The notes under the pieces were generated by a model. It was not told where the DNA came from and made no database searches. It saw only the letters and a list, made by a program, of their open reading frames with translations. A stretch of 64,000 nt of DNA. It comes from an uncultured Spirochaetaceae bacterium (lineage in GTDB: Bacteria > Myxococcota_A > UBA9160 > UBA4427). Made by a program: the position numbers and the translations under genes. The stretch spans positions 7,649-71,648 of the forward strand of contig CAYYSY010000105.1 in assembly GCA_964474355.1 (NCBI GenBank). Direction: 5' to 3'. How positions within the stretch are numbered: position 1 is the first letter of the stretch; each line of letters begins with the position of its first letter. This document shows, one piece after another, positions 9,535-17,954 of the stretch.

Positions 9535-11151
9535 CTACGGGCTCACCCCGGCATACTCGATGCCCGTCAGGTGGTGCATCTCGCGATCGAAGGTCGCGAG
9601 GTCGTCGGGCGCGAACTGATTCAGGTGATCGTGCCCGCACGCGCGCGCCATGACGCGCATGAGCTCTGCGGACGAGCCGAGGAAGCGCTCGAGCCGCTTC
9701 GCCGCCAGGTCGACCTTCAGCCGCGCGCGCAGGTGCTCCTGCTGGGTCGCGATGCCGACCGGACAGTTGTCGGTGTGACAGGCGCGCATGGCGATGCACC
9801 CGATCGCCTGCATGGCCGAGTTCGAGAGCGCGATGGCGTCGGCGCCCAGCGCGAGCGCCTTCACGAAGTCGGAGGGCACCCGCAGCCCGCCCGTGATGAC
9901 GAGCGTGATGTCGCTGCGGCCCGTCCGATCGAGGTGCCGCCGCGCGCGGGCGAGCGCCGGAATCGTCGGCACGCTGATGTTGTTGCGGAAGATGAGCGGC
10001 GCCGCCCCGGTGCCCCCGCCGCGTCCGTCGAGGATCACGTAGTCGGCGCCCGCGCGAATCGCGGCCTCGACGTCGCGCTCGACGTGCTGCGCCGAGAGCT
10101 TGAAGCCGATCGGGATGCCGCCGGTGGCCTCGCGCACGGCGTCGCCAAAGCGTCGGTAGTCGTCGAGATTGTCCCAGTCGGGGAAGCGAGGCGGTGAGAT
10201 CGCCGACGTGCCCTCGGCGATGCCGCGCACCTCGGCGATCTTCCCCTTCACCTTGTGCCCCGGCAGATGGCCGCCGGTGCCCGTCTTCGCGCCCTGCCCG
10301 CACTTGAAGTGAAAGGCCTGCACGCGCTCGAGCTTCTCCATCGAGAAGCCGAAGCGCCCCGATGCGAGCTCGTAGAGGTAGCGACCGTTCTCGCGCTGCT
10401 CCTCGGGGAGCATGCCGCCCTCCCCCGAGCAGATGCCCGTGCCCGCGGCCTCGGCGCCCTTCGCGAGCGCCACCTTCGCCTCCTCGGACAGCGCGCCATA
10501 GCTCATGTCCGACACGAAGAGCGGAATCTCGAGCTCGAGGGGACGCTTCGCGTTCGGGCCGATCACGACGTTGGAGCCGACCGGGTGATCGTCGAGCAGC
10601 GGCGGCCGGTGCAGCTGCGCCGTCATGATCTGGATGTCTTCCCAGCGCGGCAGCTCACCCCGCGGCACGCCCATGGCAATGACGCGGCCATGGTGGCCGG
10701 CGCGCTCGAGGCCGTGCTCGGACATCTCGCGGATCCAGTGATTGAAGGGCTCGTCGGGCGTACCGTGGGGATCGGCGTAGGTACCCAGGTCTGCGCTTCG
10801 ATCGTAGGGCTGGGGGTGGCAGCGCTCCCACTCGCGGATCTCGTCCGCGTCGACGAAGACGCCGTCGTCCTCGATCCAGTGGGTGAACTTCTCGAGCCGC
10901 TCGGCGTTGGTGTACGCGCTGACGCCGCTGCGGAATCGGTAGTCCCAGTCGTGCAGGCCGCAGATCAGGTCCTCGCCCTCGATCCGGCCATCGGAGAGCA
11001 GCGCGCCGCGATGCAGGCAGCGGCCGTAGAGCACCGACACGGCGTCGGTGTCGGGCCAGCGCACGATGACGAGGTCGACGTCGGCGACGAGCGCATGCGC
11101 CGGCCTGGCGGGGTCGAGCTCACTGAAGGTGGCGATGCGGACGCGATCCAT
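9535..11151 (-). CDS. Rieske [2Fe-2S] domain fused to an FMN-binding glutamate-synthase-like domain
   Basis: Rieske CLH..CGLH; SDMSYGALS, SGEGGM, GQGAKTGTGGHLP, DGRGGGTGA; [3Fe-4S]-type CIAMRACHTDNCPVGIATQ. Confidence 0.88.
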   Translation of the reverse strand: MDRVRIATFSELDPARPAHALVADVDLVIVRWPDTDAVSVLYGRCLHRGALLSDGRIEGEDLICGLHDWDYRFRSGVSAYTNAERLEKFTHWIEDDGVFVDADEIREWERCHPQPYDRSADLGTYADPHGTPDEPFNHWIREMSEHGLERAGHHGRVIAMGVPRGELPRWEDIQIMTAQLHRPPLLDDHPVGSNVVIGPNAKRPLELEIPLFVSDMSYGALSEEAKVALAKGAEAAGTGICSGEGGMLPEEQRENGRYLYELASGRFGFSMEKLERVQAFHFKCGQGAKTGTGGHLPGHKVKGKIAEVRGIAEGTSAISPPRFPDWDNLDDYRRFGDAVREATGGIPIGFKLSAQHVERDVEAAIRAGADYVILDGRGGGTGAAPLIFRNNISVPTIPALARARRHLDRTGRSDITLVITGGLRVPSDFVKALALGADAIALSNSAMQAIGCIAMRACHTDNCPVGIATQQEHLRARLKVDLAAKRLERFLGSSAELMRVMARACGHDHLNQFAPDDLATFDREMHHLTGIEYAGVSP

Positions 11152-11199
11152 GTCGGGCCCCTCCCGGCGATGACCCGGCTTCGATGCAGCGCGACGCCG

Positions 11200-12051
11200 T
11201 CAGTTACGGCGCTTCTTCTCGCTCCGGTCGGCGCGATCCCACACCGACTCGAGCTCGCCCTCGCCACCGAGCAGGTACTCGGGGCTTCGCTTCTCGATGT
11301 GACCGACGAGGTGCTGGTACACGCTGTAGCCGACGAGCTCGCGCAGCCGCTTCGGGAATCGCATCGTGACCTCCCGCGGAATGCCGAGCTGCTGATTTTC
11401 CTGCTGGCGGATGAAGCCGGCGCAGTAGTTCATCGCGATGCCGACGCGGCGCTCGTCGGTCTCGTTCGCACCACCGCCGTGCCAGAGGCTGCCGTTCCAG
11501 ACGAGCACGCTGCCGCGCCTCATCTCGCCGGGAATGCTGTCGTAGGACTTCGCCGGGTCGGGCGAGTGGTCGGCGGTGTGGCTGCCCTTGACCATGCGCG
11601 TCGCGCCATTCGGCTCGGTGAAATCGGTGAGCGCCCACATCGTGTTGCAGACGAGCGCGCGATGCGGCCGCCGGATCGGCAGCAGCTGATCGTCGGCGTG
11701 AATCATCTGTGCCTTCTCGCCCGGACCGATGTCGATCGACGAGAGCGACGAAATGAGGCAACCGCGATCGAGCACGCCCTCGACGATCGGCAGGATCTCC
11801 TCGTGCACCGGGATCTCCTCGAAGACCCGGTCGTGCGCGAGCAGGTTGTAGACGCGCGTCGTCGAGAAGCCCTCGAAGGCGTTCGGCCCCTTGCCGACGT
11901 CGAGATCGTCGACGAGCCGGTCGAGCGCGGCGAGATAGGCCGCCGCGCGGTCGGCGTCGAATACGTCCTCGACCAGCGTGTAGCCGTCGGTCCGGATACG
12001 TTCGAGGTGGGCGTCGAGCTCTTCGGGCGTCATGGAACGGTGGGCCTCCAT
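11200..12051 (-). CDS. Phytanoyl-CoA dioxygenase (PhyH) family Fe(II)/2OG oxygenase
   Basis: QMIHADD (HxD), WALTDFTEPNGAT, LWHGGGAN; start at ATG 12051 or 12033. Confidence 0.85.
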   Translation of the reverse strand: MEAHRSMTPEELDAHLERIRTDGYTLVEDVFDADRAAAYLAALDRLVDDLDVGKGPNAFEGFSTTRVYNLLAHDRVFEEIPVHEEILPIVEGVLDRGCLISSLSSIDIGPGEKAQMIHADDQLLPIRRPHRALVCNTMWALTDFTEPNGATRMVKGSHTADHSPDPAKSYDSIPGEMRRGSVLVWNGSLWHGGGANETDERRVGIAMNYCAGFIRQQENQQLGIPREVTMRFPKRLRELVGYSVYQHLVGHIEKRSPEYLLGGEGELESVWDRADRSEKKRRN

Positions 12052-12165
12052 GTCGGCGTCCGGGGTTGCGAATGCCGCTCTGGAGGCTCGCAGACGGCGT
12101 GCCCCGCTGCCAGCACGAGACGCTGCGCGCAGATGGGGCACGCTGCCCCGCCACTGGCGCCTCCT

Positions 12166-13476
12166 TCAAAAATCGATCACCCCGCGCAACCCGACCGCCA
12201 CCGCATTGCGCCGGCTGAAGTGTGGATCGAGGACGACCTGCAGATCGGGCTGCAGAGAGAGCCACCCCACGACCTGAGCGTAGTAGGTGATCTCGAGGAT
12301 CGACTCGCGGGTCGACACGTCGTTACCGAACGTCGCCTGCAGTGCAACGTAGTCGTCGCTGAATCTTTGCACCGTGAAGCCGAAGCCGAGCGCGTCGGAC
12401 TCGCGGCCAGGAAAGGGGCGCGAGATCGCGAAGCCACCGCTCGCGTACCAGTCGGTCAGGACGACGCCCGTATTCGGTGTGCCGAAGATCCGCAGGAAGA
12501 CGCTCACACCCGGCCAAGCATCGCTCGGCTCGAGGACATGCCAATCGGCGATGCCGTAGAGCGTGACACGTCCGTCGACGCTCTCGCCGGTCGAGAGATC
12601 GAAGACCTCCGACTTCACGCCCAGGAAGCCGAACGAGAGTGCAGCCCTCCGTCCCAGGATCTTCGGCCGCGCGATGCCTTCTCCGAAGACGGTGAAGCCG
12701 TCGCCGAAGGCCCAGTCGAAGCCGATGTTGCTCCGCTCGTCCTCCCCCGGCGCCGCAGTGTAGATCGCCGCCCGCAGCTCCCACGCCGCGTCCCGGGTGC
12801 GCAGGGACACGAGCGCACCCGGCGCCGCCAGGGGATAGAAGGGCGTGACCTGACGCGCGAAGCCGAGGAAGCCGAAGCTGGCGTTGAGCAGCAGCGACGA
12901 CGTCTCCGATTGGAAGAACTCTCCATCGGAGCTCAGCTGTCCGATCTCGATCCGCACGCGCTGCTTCCACAGACGCTGGCTGTATGCGATCTCGAAGAAG
13001 CGGACACCCGTCGACGCCTCCCAGCCGGAGAGCGCCTGGGTCGGATACTGCCCGATGAGCTCCTCCGAGGGCTGCCCGCCGTGGTACGAGTTCCAGTTCA
13101 TGCGAAACGAGCCGCCGGGCCAGCGGACGAGCCGCTCGAGGTCGACGGAGAAGCCCCAGGTCGCGAAGCCCTCGTAGCGCGTGCCGGTCTCGAAGCCACC
13201 CCGGGTGTTCGACCAGAACCCGGTGGTGTACTGCGCGAAGACGTCGAGGCCGCGCTCGTCGAGTCGGGTCCGGAGCCCGCCCCAGTCGCCGGTGGCGCCC
13301 CTCCACTCGGTCCAGGATTGCGCTTCGACCGGCGCCGGCGCGGCCGTGCCGGGCTCGTCCGTGGCGGCCCACGAGAGGCTTGGCCAGAGCAGCCCCGCGA
13401 TGCCGACGATCAGCACCAGTCTCGGGCGTGCGAATCGCCCCACGCCCCGATCGCGGACAAATGCCTCCTGAATCAC
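12166..13476 (-). CDS. Carbohydrate-selective porin, OprB family
   Basis: Signal-like LVLIVGIAGLLWPSLSWA, ATGDWGGLRTRLDERG, ILEITYYAQVVGWLSLQPDLQVV, terminal Phe; GTG 13476 overlaps the upstream stop (alternative GTG 13443). Confidence 0.8.
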   Translation of the reverse strand: MIQEAFVRDRGVGRFARPRLVLIVGIAGLLWPSLSWAATDEPGTAAPAPVEAQSWTEWRGATGDWGGLRTRLDERGLDVFAQYTTGFWSNTRGGFETGTRYEGFATWGFSVDLERLVRWPGGSFRMNWNSYHGGQPSEELIGQYPTQALSGWEASTGVRFFEIAYSQRLWKQRVRIEIGQLSSDGEFFQSETSSLLLNASFGFLGFARQVTPFYPLAAPGALVSLRTRDAAWELRAAIYTAAPGEDERSNIGFDWAFGDGFTVFGEGIARPKILGRRAALSFGFLGVKSEVFDLSTGESVDGRVTLYGIADWHVLEPSDAWPGVSVFLRIFGTPNTGVVLTDWYASGGFAISRPFPGRESDALGFGFTVQRFSDDYVALQATFGNDVSTRESILEITYYAQVVGWLSLQPDLQVVLDPHFSRRNAVAVGLRGVIDF

Positions 13477-15446
13477 GAGCCCGAGGCGCAGCTGCTCTCC
13501 TGCTCGTGCAGCAGCAGAATCCGGCGCACCTCCTCGATCGTCCTGGGCCTGCCCTGCGAGGAGTGGCTCGAGCGCACCACGAGCTCGGACTGCGCCTCCT
13601 CGATGTGTGCGCTCTGGTACCTCACCACGCCGTCGTTGCCCGTCGCGATGTCCATCCCCGGCCTCACGGAGATGATCGAGTGGGCGGGGATCGTCGGCGC
13701 CACGGGAATCGACGCCAGCACCTGGATCGAATGGTGGCTCGGCGACATGTTGTCGACCGCCGTGCTGACCCTGATCGGCCGGTACGTCTCTTCGCCGCTG
13801 TCCGCGATGCCCGCCGCATCGACCGCGACCGCTGCGAGATCGGCGGGGAAACGGATCGCCCACGCGGAGAGCCGGCGCAGCAGGTCCGAAGACGCGACGT
13901 AGCTGCCACGATGCGGCGTCGAGATGAAGATCACACGGCCCACCGCGGGCATCGGCTCGATGAAGATCGCTTCCTGGAGGAGCGCCTTCGTCGATGGACT
14001 GAAGCGCGTCTCCTCGAGTGGAACGTCGAACAAGGAGTCCCAGATCGCCGTCCCCGGGTCGATCGACACGCCCTTCGCGAGCAGACCGCCCTGGCTGTGC
14101 CCGACGAGTACCATGTCGCGGAGACACGCGTCCTCGCCCGCCGGATCGAGCACCTGGACGGCGCGCGTCATCGAGCGGCGCAGCGTCATCGCCGAGTAGA
14201 AGATCGGGTTTCCGGACTCGTAGGCGAAGAAGAGGAACTGGTAGCGGTCGCGCAGAACGGGATCGTGCTGAAGGTCGTTCACCATGTCGGTCCAGACGAC
14301 CGGCGTCGACATCGTGCCGTGGATGAAGACGACGGGGATCTGGCCCCTTCGCCTCGGCTCCCAGCCGAAGAACCGATTGTCCTCGTTGAGTCGCCGGAGC
14401 CGGCCGAAGAAGACGCCCAGGCGTCCCTCCCACACGTCGGACTCCTCGAGCGACTTCGCCAGCGCAACCGACGGCTGGAGCTCGAGCGGCACCGGGATGC
14501 CCTCCATGTCGACGCTCTGGGCCTCGTTGGCCGGCGTGATCCACAGCCTCGCCTTCACGTCGCCCGCACGGACCTGTGCGCGGGGATCGTCGATCTTCAA
14601 GAAGGCATTCGTGGCAATGGCGGCCTTTCTCGCCACCAGGTAGCCGGCCGGATCGTTCGGGTCGAGGGGCACGGTCCGCGCCGCGAGCGGCGCGCCCACA
14701 CCGGGGCGCCGGTAGCGATTGCGCAGCCCCGTGATCTCGAACTCGTCCGACGGGAGGAAGTCGATCAGCAGCCGGTTCTGCCAACGAAGCTCCATCTCAT
14801 CGAACTCGACCTCGAGCGTGCCGAAGGACGTCTCGAAGGTACCCGCCGTGAAGTCCTGATACTGCCCGAGGTCTCGAAACGACTCGACGATGCCACGATT
14901 GTAGAGATCGGCCGCGATGCGCATCCGCGGATCGATCGGCGTCAGCGTCGATACCTCGTCCTCGCTGAAGAGGAAGGTGTACGCGTAGATCGTCGCGGCG
15001 CGGTAGCTGCGGTTCGCAGCCTCGAGGATCGGTGTCTCGTCGCTCGTGTAGTACGGGGCCTTCCGGACCATGCCGCGGTTCTTGCGCTGCTCGCGCCGGC
15101 GCGCGCGCCGCCAGGCATCGTGCTCCAGGCGCTCGGCCAGCCAGAACGAGAGCTCCGTGAGCGCGAAGTACTCGTCCGAGCCGCCGCGCCCCTCCACCAC
15201 GTCGGTGTGCAACGCGGCGATCGCCTTCTCGGGATCGTCGCGGTACAAATCCATCAGATCGTGGTTGCGGAGAACGATCTTCGTCGAGTCGCTCAGCTGC
15301 CCCGTCGCCGCCACGTTCGCTCGGATCGCCGCGCGCGCCTGCTCCTTGGAGGCGTGTCGCACGCGGAGCGGCGCGCCACCACCACAGGCAGCGACGAGCA
15401 GCAGCACGAGGCAGGCCCCGAGTGTCGCCACGGCGCCCCGCTTCAC
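13473..15446 (-). CDS. Lipoprotein with C-terminal alpha/beta-hydrolase (lipase/esterase) domain
   Basis: Lipobox LVAA-C after GTG 15446; PVVFIHG, LVGHSQGG nucleophile elbow, NDGVV, C-terminal His. Confidence 0.75.
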   Translation of the reverse strand: MKRGAVATLGACLVLLLVAACGGGAPLRVRHASKEQARAAIRANVAATGQLSDSTKIVLRNHDLMDLYRDDPEKAIAALHTDVVEGRGGSDEYFALTELSFWLAERLEHDAWRRARRREQRKNRGMVRKAPYYTSDETPILEAANRSYRAATIYAYTFLFSEDEVSTLTPIDPRMRIAADLYNRGIVESFRDLGQYQDFTAGTFETSFGTLEVEFDEMELRWQNRLLIDFLPSDEFEITGLRNRYRRPGVGAPLAARTVPLDPNDPAGYLVARKAAIATNAFLKIDDPRAQVRAGDVKARLWITPANEAQSVDMEGIPVPLELQPSVALAKSLEESDVWEGRLGVFFGRLRRLNEDNRFFGWEPRRRGQIPVVFIHGTMSTPVVWTDMVNDLQHDPVLRDRYQFLFFAYESGNPIFYSAMTLRRSMTRAVQVLDPAGEDACLRDMVLVGHSQGGLLAKGVSIDPGTAIWDSLFDVPLEETRFSPSTKALLQEAIFIEPMPAVGRVIFISTPHRGSYVASSDLLRRLSAWAIRFPADLAAVAVDAAGIADSGEETYRPIRVSTAVDNMSPSHHSIQVLASIPVAPTIPAHSIISVRPGMDIATGNDGVVRYQSAHIEEAQSELVVRSSHSSQGRPRTIEEVRRILLLHEQESSCASGS

Positions 15447-15477
15447 GCGCCTCGACCCGCCCAATCGCGCAGCGCCG

Positions 15478-16443
15478 TCAGCTCCCAATCGCCCAGCCCA
15501 CCTTCCTGGTGAAGCGCTCGAAGAACTCCTTCTCGTACGCATTCTCGGGCTCGGCGCGCACCATCTCGTCGAGGACGTGCGCGTCGTCGCCGACGAGGAT
15601 CCGCCAGCGCCCCTCGCGCACGCCGCGCAGGATCACCTCGGCCGCCTCCGCGGCGGTCATCGGCGCCTCCGTCTCGAACGCCTCGATGCGAGCGATCATC
15701 GCCTGCCGGATCTGGTCGTCGGTCCACGAAGAGGCATCGATCCCGAAATCGGTGATGCGCTCGCGCGCCTGCTCGATCCCCGCCTCGTCGAGCTCCTTCG
15801 GGTCGAACCCGAGGATCTTGCCCGAGTTCTTGACGATCTCGGTGCCGATGTGTCCGGGCATGACGACCGACGCCTTCACGTGGGGCGCGTTGTTGCGGAG
15901 GTCGTTGACCAGCGCCTCGGTGAACCCCTTCACGGCGAACTTCGCGGCCGAGTACGCGGTATGACCGGTCGACGGACCGATCGACGCCCAGAACCCGTTC
16001 ACGCTGCTCGTGTTGATGAGGTGTCCCTCTTCGGCGGCGATCAACATCGGCAGGAACGCGCGCGTCGAGTAGTAGACGCCCCCCCAGCACACGTCGAACG
16101 TCTTGTCCCACTGCTCGCGGTCGTCGACGATCATGCTGCCGCCACCGCCGATGCCCGCGTTGTTGAACACGAGGTGCACGTGATCTGTCTGGTGGGCCTC
16201 GGCCACCGCCGCCTGGAACGACACGATGTCGGCCTCGCTCGACACGTCGGCCACGTGCGTCGACACGCGCGTGCCCGCCGGCGCGCCCTCTTCACACAGC
16301 GCCTTCGTCTGCGCCATGTTCTCCTCCGATACGTCGCACATCGCGACGTGGCAGCCCTCGGCGGTGAGCTGCCTGCAGAGCTGGCGTCCCATCCCGGTGC
16401 CGCCGCCCGTCACGACGGCGATCTTCCCCTCGAATCGTTCCAT
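15478..16443 (-). CDS. Short-chain dehydrogenase/reductase
   Basis: MERFEGKIAVVTGGGTGMG, NNAGI, NTSS, YSAAK. Confidence 0.9.
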   Translation of the reverse strand: MERFEGKIAVVTGGGTGMGRQLCRQLTAEGCHVAMCDVSEENMAQTKALCEEGAPAGTRVSTHVADVSSEADIVSFQAAVAEAHQTDHVHLVFNNAGIGGGGSMIVDDREQWDKTFDVCWGGVYYSTRAFLPMLIAAEEGHLINTSSVNGFWASIGPSTGHTAYSAAKFAVKGFTEALVNDLRNNAPHVKASVVMPGHIGTEIVKNSGKILGFDPKELDEAGIEQARERITDFGIDASSWTDDQIRQAMIARIEAFETEAPMTAAEAAEVILRGVREGRWRILVGDDAHVLDEMVRAEPENAYEKEFFERFTRKVGWAIGS

Positions 16444-16542
16444 CCTGCCCTCCAATGCGAGCCGCGAGGGTACCGCGAACGCGACGCGACGCGATTCGAG
16501 GTCGCGGCCGGGGGCGCTTGACCCGCCCACGCCGCATCGCGG

Positions 16543-17277
16543 ATGATGGGCCGGAAGGGGATCCGCATGCTCCTGCTCCACGAGATCCACGAGGTGGCCG
16601 GGCGCCACGAAGACGACTTCGAGGCCGCCTACCGGGAGGGCTGGGCGCCGACGCTTGCGGAGACCGGCGACGCCCGGCTGCTCCATTTCCTCCACCACGC
16701 CCACGGCACGGGCGTCTCGTACAACGTCGTGACGATCACCTGGCTGCGCGACGCGGCGGCCTGGGCGAGCCTCGCCGAGCGCGTCCAGACCGGTGATCTC
16801 GCGAGGTGGGCGCGGAGCGTCGACGCGCTGCGCCACGAGGTGACGTCGAAGATGCTCGTGCCGCTGCCGTGGTCGCCGGTAGAGCAGCTCTCCGCAAGCG
16901 ACATCCCCGCCGCTGCGGATGACCACGACCCCGTGATCTACATGGAGGACACGGTCTGGCCCTACGAAGGCGCGCTCGACGACTACATCGAGCGCTCCGG
17001 TGCGCACTACGCGCGTGAGATGAGCGAGCACGCCGACGAAGGCACCGCGATCTTGAAGGTCGAGTCGAGCTACCGCACGGCCTTCGGCACGGGGCGCAGG
17101 CGCGAGGTCGTGCTGTGGCAGCGGGTCATGAAGCCCCGGGCGCTCTCACCGCTCATCGGTCGAGAGGTGCCGGCCCGGTACAAGCAGCCGGGCACGTGGA
17201 TGCACGACGCCCTGGAGCTGCGAGACCGCTGGGAGAGCAAGCTGCTGAGAAGCGCCCGCTGGTCGCCAGGCGACTGA
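16543..17277 (+). CDS. Hypothetical protein, probably two NIPSNAP/dimeric alpha-beta barrel repeats
   Basis: Two similar ~110-aa halves (LLLHEIHEV.. / VIYMEDTV..) each ending in a W..W.....S..L motif; host-like codon usage. Confidence 0.55.
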   Translation: MMGRKGIRMLLLHEIHEVAGRHEDDFEAAYREGWAPTLAETGDARLLHFLHHAHGTGVSYNVVTITWLRDAAAWASLAERVQTGDLARWARSVDALRHEVTSKMLVPLPWSPVEQLSASDIPAAADDHDPVIYMEDTVWPYEGALDDYIERSGAHYAREMSEHADEGTAILKVESSYRTAFGTGRRREVVLWQRVMKPRALSPLIGREVPARYKQPGTWMHDALELRDRWESKLLRSARWSPGD

Positions 17278-17295
17278 AGGGGCGGCGGCGCGCTG

Positions 17296-17838
17296 TCAGA
17301 AGAAGGAACCCGCCGAGCTCTCGTACACGTGCTCGATCGTGCGCTTCACCGAGTCCTGCTCCTCGCCGCCCCAGTAGAGCTCGGCATGGAGCCACAGCGT
17401 GTCCGGCGCGTTCTCGATGGTCTCCCTCGCAGGCAGGGTGAACTTCGCCTTGAAGGCCATGCCGGTGGGCGGCGGCTGCGACGGCGTCGACGCCTCGTTG
17501 CGCTGGTGGCCCGACCCGAACGCCTGATTGCCCTGGGGCACGAGCACGTCGTGCGTCGAGATGTACTGCCAGTCGAACTCGACGGGCCGCTCGAGCGCGA
17601 CGCTCGTGAAGCGGACGACCACGTCGCGGTGGTCGATGCCCTCGGGCAGCTGGTCGAACTCCATCGTGAGCCAGCACTGGAGATCGCCGCCGAGCACGCT
17701 CTGGCCGGGCACCATGTCCGACAGGTGGGCATGATGGCCGAGGGCGGCGTCGATCATGTTGCAGGCGACGGTGCCCATCGCAATCGAAGCCAGGGCAGCG
17801 GTCACGACAGCGAGCCGGAGAGAACGATGCAGGGTCAC
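17296..17838 (-). CDS. Hypothetical lipoprotein
   Basis: Hydrophobic signal with TVA-C lipobox after GTG 17838; typical coding bias; no family recognised. Confidence 0.6.
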   Translation of the reverse strand: MTLHRSLRLAVVTAALASIAMGTVACNMIDAALGHHAHLSDMVPGQSVLGGDLQCWLTMEFDQLPEGIDHRDVVVRFTSVALERPVEFDWQYISTHDVLVPQGNQAFGSGHQRNEASTPSQPPPTGMAFKAKFTLPARETIENAPDTLWLHAELYWGGEEQDSVKRTIEHVYESSAGSFF

Positions 17839-17954
17839 GGAGATCTCCTCGTGAAACGGGACTGCGAGGAGACCATCGTCCGAGCGACTCGGCGGCTGTA
17901 GGGGCGGATCCCCCCGGCCCTGCAGCGGGCCCCGGGGCGGAACGGAACGCGTGC

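Noticed and set aside
10255-13902. 1,215-aa + strand ORF and the many other Arg/Ala/Pro-rich overlapping ORFs in the track
   Set aside because: They overlap well-supported genes in other frames and have low-complexity composition typical of high-GC shadow frames
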